Below, piece after piece: positions 44,046-54,800 of a stretch of DNA of 64,000 nt. A program made the translations under genes and the position numbers. The notes under the pieces are model-generated. The model saw only the letters and a program-made list of their open reading frames with translations. It was not told the DNA's origin and did no database searches. Numbering within the stretch: the first letter of the stretch is position 1; every line of letters begins with the position of its first letter. The DNA is from Aplysia californica (Eukaryota): positions 105,103-169,102 of the forward strand of contig NW_004797943.1 in NCBI RefSeq assembly GCF_000002075.1. The letters run 5' to 3'.

Positions 44046-44810
44046 TTGATTGTCACCAGTGAAAACTTTTAGAGAAGGTTTACTGAGCACATACACCGAG
44101 ATTGTTTCTCCTGTTCAGACAAATGTTTGTGTTCAGGGTTTTTTTGTTGTTTGTTTGTGTTTTTGTTGTTTTTTTTGTGAGGAGGTCTGTTGGTGACTCT
44201 TTGTCAAATTGAGATAGTTGACTTTTCAGTGATGTCTGTTCATGAACTCCCCCCCCCCCCCCCCCCCCCCCTCCTTTTTTTTTCTTTTTTTTTGTAGTTT
44301 ACCATTGGGTTTTTTTCTGTGAGGGCCAGGAAATATGAGTAACATAACAGTTTATGATTTGTGTTTGGCCAAAGCTGATGTATGTTGGAAAGCAGTTGAA
44401 TGGGAAAGAGATCTAAGAGTCTGTACAAAACATACACAGTACTGACTTGTGGACAGTACCCTGATGTCTTGTTCAAATGTGTAATGTGTGCTTATAAATC
44501 TGACGTGGATGTTGATTGAATTTCTTAATGCTGAGCTTTATGTTTAAAGTGTTTGAAGGGATTTCTAGAATTGGAATGTGTTTGTTTTTTATGTTGGACG
44601 AATCAATGATCATTATAGGAGTGTAAAGAATTTTGATAAGGACAGAAGCAATTCCTAGAACTCTACCTAGATCTAGTGGAGATGATGATTTGTGTTTGTT
44701 GTTTTCATTACAGATGATTCAGAAGACGATCTTAAGGTGAACTTCTGAAGCAAAATAAGGCGAGAACACATTAGGAATCTGTTCTGAAAAAGAAAATCCC
44801 TGTGGTCAAG

Positions 44811-45826
44811 ATGGATTTCCCTGGAATGCCTGGATATCGCCCCCCTCACCCACAGGATCCGCAGAACATGCCGCCGCCCCCCCCTCCTAACTTTCAGCCT
44901 CAAGGGATGCCAAGAGAGCAAGGTATGGGTGGCGGTCAGATGTTTCAAAATGCCCAACAAATGCCCCCTCGAATGCCTCCGGGTTATCCGCCGATGACTG
45001 ACCCACATATGCCGTCTGGCTTCCCAATCATGCCGGGTCAGGAGCAGGGAATGCCCATGGGCTACCAGTCTCCTGGACACATGCAAAACCCAGGCATGCC
45101 TCCTGGCTATCATGGTCACATGGGGAACCCGATGGCATCGAGGCCTCCTCAGAATATGCAAAGATTCCGCCAGGGGCCCGAGGCAGGGCCCAACATGCCG
45201 CCACAGAGTTTCCACCCCCAGCAGCAGCCACCCCCGTCTCAGGGTCAAAATCATCAACCGCCACAGCAGCATCAGCACCCCCCTCAGCACCGCGGGCCCT
45301 ACCACCAGGGCCACTCCCAGCCGCACCTCGACTACCACCACCAGATGCACCACCAGCACCAGCCTCATCCGCGGGGAGGCCAGGCCCAGCAGCCCCACCC
45401 ACACGGCCCCATGCCCAATGACTTCCACCAACCGGGGCCCCAAGGAGGCGGGCCCTCTGCTATCCCGGAGTTCCACCCCCAGCAGCAGCCTGGAGTAGTG
45501 CCCCCTGATTTCCACCACCCCATGCAACAGAACTCGGTGGTCGCTGAGTACCACCCGGGCCAGCGGCAGAATGCGGACTTTGTTCCACACGACCAGGGCC
45601 TGTCACACCACGACTTTCGCCACGGCAACCGAGATCACCCGTCAAACATGATGGGTGGCTACATGGATCACAACAGCATGGGCTTGCAGGGCATGATGAA
45701 TGATCATGGCTTGATGGGCCATCTGGACGGCCACATGCTGGGAGGAGGGGATGCCTACTCTCAACACCAGATGATGCAGATGTTTGGGGACCCTACAATG
45801 CCAGAAATGAGGGACGGCGAGTTCAT
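44811..45826 (+). CDS. PAN2: PAN2 coding exon 1: low-complexity P/Q/H/M/G N-terminal extension
   Basis: Acceptor ends at 44713; ATG in aagATGG context at 44811; donor gtaagt at 45827, phase 2, splices in frame to the WD40 exon. Confidence 0.85.
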
Positions 45827-48800
45827 GTAAGTTGCTTTTTCTCTGTGAAGTTTATTTTGATGTGAGGGCAGACAGATATGTAGATCTAGTCTTCCTGCCC
45901 CTCAGTTAAGATTCAGAGAAAAGAGAGATGAGATTCAAGGTGAAAGTTGAGAGGGGAATCTGTACAGAGCTTTTTATGCAGTATGGACAGGACTTTAAAG
46001 CACCAAGAGAAAATTATTTCCGGCTAGACTATAGTACTATTCAACAGTTTCCTGTCAGAACTTGGTCTATGTCATCATTATAATAAGGACACTGGGTATT
46101 GAAGTACTTGAGTGCAAATTGAAATGTTTTGAAATCTCAGGTATAAAAATAAAAAATACTTTTTTTGTGTGTATTTGTAGAAATACAAATTAAAAAATTC
46201 TATCCCCATTGCTTGTTACAGTTACAGACATCAGGGTTTTCCTTGCCAAAGTTCTCTGTTTATGTGATGTGCATCCAAGTTACTTTGATAAAAGATGTTA
46301 AGAAAATTACCTATTTTTTAGAATGATGGCCTGTGTATAACAATAAGAAAAGAATGTTGGTTAATGAGCGTAAATTGTAAGGAATATTTTAATACTTTTT
46401 TTTTTATTGACAAAAAGTGTACCTTGGAGTATGCAGGATCATCAGATTTTTTTCAGTTCAGCCGGGTTTTCAGTTTAGAGAGGTTGCTTAAATGAAAGGA
46501 AAAAGATTGGGGACTTTTTTTCTTTCAGTTTTCTGTTCCTTTGTTTTTTTTATTTAATCGTGTTTGGTTTAAGCAGACTCCATTGTATTTTGAATTTATT
46601 TTTTTTCACTGGCAATTTTATGGTAGTTTCAACTTATGTGTGTGTTTCTTATATATAGAGAGAAATACTTCATTGTATAGTTTTGAAATATTTACACAGC
46701 TTTGAATTTTTGTTGTCACAGCCCCATGGGATGCCAAGTTATGGACAAGGTCATGCACTCTAGCGTCACATGTGTCAATTTTGATGGTCACCAAGAACTG
46801 GTCTGGACTGGAAATCAACGGGTAAATTCGTAATGCATAATGCTTTTTTTATTTTCTGCTGTAATCTCAATTTTCATACAGGCCAGTTTCCTCATTTGTC
46901 ATGAGCAAACTAACTGAACTGAAAATTTACCTCAGCTACAAAAGTCGCTGTTGTTTACTGAAATTTGAAAGTATTGTTTTAAGGATACTCTTTTTGTATT
47001 TCTTTACAGTGACTTGTCTTAAAGATGACATTATGATAAAGGTTTGGTAATGGCTTTGGGTCTTGCACAATTGAATTGTGATTTTGTGTCTAGCAAACAA
47101 CTGTGTATGCCTATAGTGTCTGAAGCTCTGTTAGAATGTGGAAGAAATGTTTTAGGAGAATGGTCTAATGGACATGAATTCATTGATGCAGACTGCATGC
47201 GACAGCACACCACACCTAATGATTTAATCACTAGGTTGATGATGCAGTGCTGCCTATTTTGAACTACAGAATAAGAATTTCACCTTTTAAAGATTGCATC
47301 CCTCCTGTTTTCTTAGCTCTATCCCAAGACGCCTATTTCCTAATTCTGCTTCTTACATTATTTGTTCTTAACAGTTCTGCAAAAAGTCACACTTTGCCTA
47401 CATTGAATTGCGTTTTAATTTGAGAGAACTAATAACCACTGCCTGTTTGTCCTCAGGGATATGTGGCTTCCTATCACGGTACGGAGTTTCAAAAGTACTC
47501 TGCCTACAGAGTGAGTACAGATGAGGATGTGAGGATGAATCTGTCCTTCCCACAAGGTGTTCTCACCCTTACACCAAGTCTCCTCAGGGGCACCCTCCGC
47601 AGGGGTATTCCAGTGTTTGCATTCAAGTAAGTTTTTAGAAACCATTTCTGCCATTAGTCACTCTGGACCTTCTCACTAAATCCTAAGTTCCTTTCGCCCC
47701 CTCTCTTTAAAAGTATGCAATGAAAAGATTCTGATCAGATTGTAATTTTAAAAGTCAGTTTTTCCCAATACACACATCTGCACATTTGCACTTTAACATA
47801 CTTTCATGTATATATGTTTATTGAACAAGGGCACTCGTGTTGTGGTGACAAAATGTCTGCTCTATTAAAGAATTTTATGTCTCCTAGTCTTGATTCCTAC
47901 TCTTGAATCAAAGTTCAATTGTTTTGAGTTATCTTATAATCATAAGTAAGGAGAGGGGGGGGGGGGAGGATTTGTGAAATACCTCCTGATATTTGCGGAC
48001 TGTGCGGAATGTTGATGAGAAACATGTCTCTGAGCTAAGCTAGGTAGGTACAGTATGACTTGATTGGCCAGTATTAAATATATGTTTAGTTGCCCAGGTG
48101 CTACTTCTTGGGATAAACCCTTTAAGTTTGAGCATTTACCTCATTAAATTGTCTATGGTGAAGAGACAAGGCTGTTCGCTTTCATATGCAGAAGATGTGA
48201 GTTTGATTTCCAAGTGGAGGAATTTTGTTTGTTGTAGTGCCACATCTCACTCAGTCCAGACCGGTCTTAACATATAGGGTTGATGCAGTCCGCCTAAATA
48301 GTCTAAGATTAGGTAGATGAGGAAGCAAAACACTTAAAATTGCACTCACTTTAACAATTGTTTCTACTTGTTCAGAGATGCTCACCTGCATGACATGCAG
48401 TGTATGATGATGCGGGGCAACGAGTCGGTGCTCATCGGTGGTCATCACAAGCAGGTGCTCGAAGTGGACATCATACGCAACTGCCTGAGCAATGTTGTAA
48501 GTTGGTCAAGTGTGTGTTTGAACTTTTACTTCAGTTGATGGATAATTGGCCAGATTGTCAAATTTTTTGCTGTTGAAGTTTTGATTTTGGCATTTATTTT
48601 GACAATTTAATTTAACAGTATAACACGCATAGGTAGAACACAGAAAACTCGCATCCGTTGAACTGTGCCTGCGGTCCGTTCTTTTTTTTCTACTTTGTCT
48701 TTGTAAGATATTCCCCGAACTACGGATCCCTCAAACTACCGAGGCCAGTCCCAACGAATTCAAATAATGCAGCTAATATTTTGAAAAAGATACATGAGTA

Positions 48801-51800
48801 TGGGGGCCTATTAAGTAAATCTTTAGAAAGATTTCAGTTCTTTTTTATCCTGAAAGAGAAAGCACGACCTTGCAGTTTGGGGTTTTGGAGGGTTTAACTG
48901 CACAGCTTGAACATTTGAGTGTAGTGAATGTGTGCAGCAGTGCCTACTTGGTCTTTATGAAGAAATACTGAAAGTATAAAGCTAGTTTCATGTTTTGCCC
49001 TGCACATGCAGCTTAATTTTTGAAGGTAGAGGTTAAGAAATAGTTTTATGGCATGTTTTATTGGATAGAAGAAATGAGAGTGTACAAGGACTGAAGAAAA
49101 AGTATAGTTTTTGTTTTAGGGATAGCTGTTTAAAAGTTAGCTGGTTTTGCATCATGCAGGTATAATTTATTTCGCTTTTGAATGTTTGTTTTTTTGTCCT
49201 CATATTGTAGAGTGTTAAATGATCCTCTTGGTTGTGATAGGCCTTGTAGCCACACTATTTCTGACTAGATTGTGAAATCTCCTTTTTTTTTTCTACCTGT
49301 AATTATATTGTTTCTTTTTAAATCTTCTTCACAGTACGAAGTGAAGGATGCTGGTATTGCCATCTTCCGCCACACAGACAGATTCATTTGTGGAGGTGAC
49401 AGCACAGGAAAGGTCAGTTTTCAGAATTGTAGATTTGTTTGTATTTGATCGGTTAGGTTATATTATATTTCATTTTGTAAGGGAAGTACACTGAAGAGTG
49501 GACAGAAGAGGGTTATAGAGACGTGTCACAGTGGCCTATTTGCTTTGGTTATTGAAGGAAACGAACTAGAAACCCGTTAACGAATTTTTTCAGACTTCTT
49601 TTTGACACCATACACTAATTTCAGAGAGTTATATGTACCTCCAAGTAAACTTGATTTTAGGAATTTTGCAGGGATTTGATACGTAAATGCGTCACACACT
49701 GGTAAAATATTATGCTATAACAATTTGCTTTGTGTCTTGATATCTTTGTGTACTTACCATGGTGGGTTGATTTATTATTTTTTAAATTTGTTAATTTTTA
49801 AAAATTTACTCCAAAACTGATTTTATGTTCGTATTTTCTCTTCTTTTTGTTAAAAGTAAACTGCGTAAAAATATGGCCTTCAGTATGTACAAGGTCAGTT
49901 AATATGAAACATTTTTAGGATTTATCTGACTTCCAATTTTTTTAGCTTTCTGCTAGCTCATCTCTTTTTTTTTTTTCCCCTCGTGTCCTGATTTTGGTGC
50001 CCGTTTTTGTTGGTTACGTAGTAAAAAGAAAGTAATGGTGCAGATTGTTATATGAAAGGGGAATTGTTGAGTGGGTAATGATGATGATTATGATGATAAT
50101 GCTGATGATGATGTTGTTGGCGATGGTGACGGTAATGGTAATTGTGATGGTGAGCATGAGGATGATTATTTATGTTGGCGATGATGATGTTCTGATGTAG
50201 GAAATGACATCCGTGTTAGTCTTAGTGTTAACTGCTAGCTCATCTACATTTCATGATTTTAGCGGCTACTTCAGGTTTTTCCTGTTTTTTTTACTTTCAG
50301 GTGACAGTGTATGATTCAAAGACGATGCGACCCGAGCACACTTTGGATGCTCACAGCAGCTGTTTGTCTGACTTTGATATCCATGACAATCTCCTCATCA
50401 CTTGTGGCTTCTCAAACAGGTACGAACTGACGCGACTTTTTATTCTATAATCTTAAATTTAATGTCAATTATGTTACGCAATGATGTAAAAAAGGAAAAG
50501 TGACAATGCTGAAAAAGAAAGTACTTGAAATTCTCAACCTGAACTAAGATTTTTTTGATGGAATTCTGGACAAGACTACAAAATACACTTGCTGGTTGGA
50601 AAAGTTGACTCAGGTGTTTGTTTTTCATATTTTGATAGTTTGGTGTGAAACTGCTAATAGAAATAGTGTCTCTATTTCATGCCCTGATAAAGGTCTTGAA
50701 CTGGGAAAGCATTGAACTGTTTAGTTTATCAATAGCTGTTTGTTTTTCTTATGAAAATATCCCCCCCCCCCTTTTTTTTTAAAAAGAAGTTCAGTCAAAG
50801 AATTATTTAGAGAATTTGTTGATCATAACATTTCAAACACTATTATTTTTTAAACAACTGCAAAAAGGGTTTAATTCAATTTTCTTCCATCTCTTTGTTT
50901 ACCCTGAATGTGGATCCGTTGCCTTGGTACCTGCTGTGGATATTGTTGAGCACCGAGCTTGTTGTCTCCTTTCATAAAGTTCTTGTGTACTCTTCAATGT
51001 TTGCGGGTGGTTGGCAGGTGCTCTGGTGTGGTTTGCTCTTTCTTTCTTGTCAAACATCTATCATCCTTATTTCTCCTCCTTCTTTGTGTTTGTTACTTTC
51101 TTGTTACACTTCTAATCTTCAGCACCTATATGGCCTTATTGTGTTGCAAGTGCTGTAAAACTCTTACACCCCCCCCCCTCAAAAAATGCNNNNNNNNNNN
51201 NNNNNNNNNNNNNNNNNNNNNNNNNNNNNNNNNNNNNNNNNNNNNNNNNNNNNNNNNNNNNNNNNNNNNNNNNNNNNNNNNNNNNNNNNCCCCCACACAC
51301 ACACACCCTTCCCTCCACCACCAGACTTAGGCACTCACTTTTTTTTCATAATCTTGTACATAATGAAAATGTGATTTAGTATGTACCTCTGATATTTTTG
51401 TGAATTTCTCAGTAATGAATGTTGTACTTCAAAGCAGGATCAATGCACACTGTAATCTACCATTTTTGTATATCTCTCCCCCCTCTTCTTCCCCGTAGGT
51501 GGATCAGCTTGAGCCCATTGATGTTAACGATGAGCTGGCTGCTTACTCTGGCATCCCGATGCCTTACCCAGCTCAGGGCCCGCTGGTCTCAGACTTCCCA
51601 GAGGAAATGATGAACCAGGTTTACAGGTATTCAATGTCCCATTTGTGTGACTGTGTTCTTGTGGGTGCAGTCCACTCAGAAGGGTGTGTTGAGGAGGCCA
51701 CTTGCTCTCTGTTGTGTTCGTCTCTCTGTTTTGCTCTTTCCCTAGATTAAATGGTTGCTTTTATGGACAACCTAGATTTTGGTGGTTTCCAGAAATCTTG

Positions 51801-54800
51801 ACCTACACCAAAAGTGGGCATTGCCCTACCTACAGGAGAAGTTTTGTTTCATTGGTGTGTATATTTGTTTGGTTATAAAGAAAACTCTTTGTCTTTTAAA
51901 GAAACTGAACTAGGGGCAAAAACGTTAGCATCGATTTTCTCAAAACATTTTTCAGGATAGCCCTGTTTGTGCTTAAAAGCGATCAAATGTTTGTAATTAT
52001 GTCTTTGAGCTTCTGTTTATTCACACTCATCAAAGAGCAATGGGTATTATGCCCAACTCCATTTTAAGCACATAGTTTGAATTGTACTTGTTTTCAGTTA
52101 ACTTGGGTAACTTGCTAGAATGGAAGAGTTCAACGGGTGTCTTCCCTTTTGACATGGTCTTCTTGAAGATAGAAGTCATATTGGAGGTCCTGTCTCTTTA
52201 ATTACTGAACCATACCATATATGAAAATGTTGAAAACATGCAAGAGATGATTTTGGTTGGAAAGTCAGGGCGAAAAAGAGATGGAGAAAAAGCGGATAAT
52301 GCTCTCATGGTTTTTAGAGTTTACTAAATGACAAAAGAAATGAATTAGAGATGGTTATGTAACAGTTGCCTGCCAGTTTTCTTTCAATAAGATATGGGTA
52401 ACTTTTACCCTCGAATGTCAGGGTTAGGGTATTTTCTATAAACAGATGCTTTGTCACAAATAAAATATATTATGTTTTTGTGTCAACTTAATAGCCCCCC
52501 CCTTCAATGTTCAGGATGAACGCCCTGACCCCAGACCGGCTGCTCCGAGTCTACGACATGAGGGTGATGAGAGCTATGGCTCCCATCCAAGTGAGCATGG
52601 ATCCCACATTCCTGCGATTTGTGCCCAGCATTCCTAACCACATCGTCGTGGTGTCTCAGGTGAGTTTTTGGTGTTTTTCTTTTTCAGTTTTTAAAAATCT
52701 CGCTACTTCATCACCGTAAGGATTTTTATAATTTTGTTTCATTGCAGTTATGTTGTTGTTTTTTTTCAGTGCTGCATCATTGTTATGGTTTTTATTACAT
52801 TTCTTCATCATAGAATGCTTTTTGTCACCTGTTGGATGAAAAATCAGAGAAAATTGTCTATTTCTAAAAAAAATTAGGCAAAAAAATGTCTTCTTTGCTA
52901 TGAAGAATGGAATCATCACTGACCGTTTGGGAAGAGGGTTACTTAACTGATGCTGTGTGTTTTTTTAAACTTCAGATGGGCAGCTTTCAGCTTGTGGAGA
53001 CAATCAGCGGAGGTCCACCGAGCACTCAGTTGGCTTACCCTGTCAATACACAAGGAGCAGCGATTATTGCATTTGACATTTCTTCTACATACCAAGCATT
53101 GTGTTTCGGTGATAGCTCAGGTTTGTACATTTGTGAGGCATTGTGGTCAAATCAGACGCTTGTCAAAATAATGAAATAGAAGATATTGGCATTTTACCGA
53201 CCGTATCTAAAGTTTTATAGAATTTTTTTTGGCTCATCACCTTTATCTTCATTTCACAACACATTTCTGTGTTAACTTTTTCTGAAAAACGTTGATTAGA
53301 GGCCCAAAAAATGTAAATTTTCAGTTTCTGAGGACTGTCAGGCTTTGGAAGTCACCAAACTTTAGCGGCCATTTTCTAGCTAATTTTACCTTTGAAACCA
53401 GGCGACCCCCACCACCTCCAATCGCAAACATATCGACTTCTACTCAAGATAGATGGGCACTTTTTTCATTGAAAGATAAACGAATAAACAAGCTTTGAGA
53501 TGATACTTATAACTTCACGTACCCAAAAATTGATGAGCGCCTGATTCCACCCCGTCGTGACACATTTGAATTTTGAACATAACTGAGTTCACAAAAGTTA
53601 ACTGATACTCTTCCTGTAACGTTAATTTTTTGAGTGCAACGGAAATAAAGTTTGCTTCTGTGGCTGAGAACTACCGTAAGTCCTCTATTTGTTTTTCATT
53701 AATGTTTTTCCAAGTCCACTTTACATGTTAATACTTATGTCATTGATACCTCAGATCTTACTTTAATACAATGTATGATGAATGTAATGTCTATTTGATC
53801 CAAATAATATTCGTTTTCTTTTCTTTTCAGGAAATGTTCACTTATTTGCTGGCGGTCAAAGTGCAATTTTCAATCAGTTTTCCGTGCCAGTTGAGTTTGC
53901 TGATCCTGTAAGTGCCTGTTAATGTTTATTTAGGTTTAGATTTCATTTTTTTGGTTTGCACATTATTTCGTTTTCTGGGATTGGGTAATTTCTTTTTTTT
54001 TAAAGTTGTTTTTGATAATGTTCAGCGGGTTGTTTATTTTTGTGCAGTTGGAATGAAATTAGAAATCTATATGCATTTGTTAAAACATAATAATTTATTT
54101 TAGTGTTTGTGTCTATTGCAAATAAAAATAGCGCGCCCCCCCCCCCCCCCCCCCCCCACACACACACACCCTTCCCTCCACCACCAGACTTAGGCACTCA
54201 CTTTTTTTTCATAATCTTGTACATAATGAAAATGTGATTTAGTATGTACCTCTGATATTTTTGTGAATTTCTCAGTAATGAATGTTGTACTTCAAAGCAG
54301 GATCAATGCACACTGTAATCTACCATTTTTGTATATCTCTCCCCCCTCTTCTTCCCCGTAGGTGGATCAGCTTGAGCCCATTGATGTTAACGATGAGCTG
54401 GCTGCTTACTCTGGCATCCCGATGCCTTACCCAGCTCAGGGCCCGCTGGTCTCAGACTTCCCAGAGGAAATGATGAACCAGGTTTACAGGTATTCAATGT
54501 CCCATTTGTGTGACTGTGTTCTTGTGGGTGCAGTCCACTCAGAAGGGTGTGTTGAGGAGGCCACTTGCTCTCTGTTGTGTTCGTCTCTCTGTTTTGCTCT
54601 TTCCCTAGATTAAATGGTTGCTTTTATGGACAACCTAGATTTTGGTGGTTTCCAGAAATCTTGACCTACACCAAAAGTGGGCATTGCCCTACCTACAGGA
54701 GAAGTTTTGTTTCATTGGTGTGTATATTTGTTTGGTTATAAAGAAAACTCTTTGTCTTTTAAAGAAACTGAACTAGGGGCAAAAACGTTAGCATCGATTT

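Noticed and set aside
44673-45645. Long antisense and alternate-frame ORFs (305 aa and others) over PAN2 exon 1
   Set aside because: Expected shadows of a GC-rich low-complexity coding exon; no independent signals
50678-50715. Hammerhead/Penelope-like ctgataaagg...gaaagc
   Set aside because: The core deviates from CUGANGA and the stems cannot be completed
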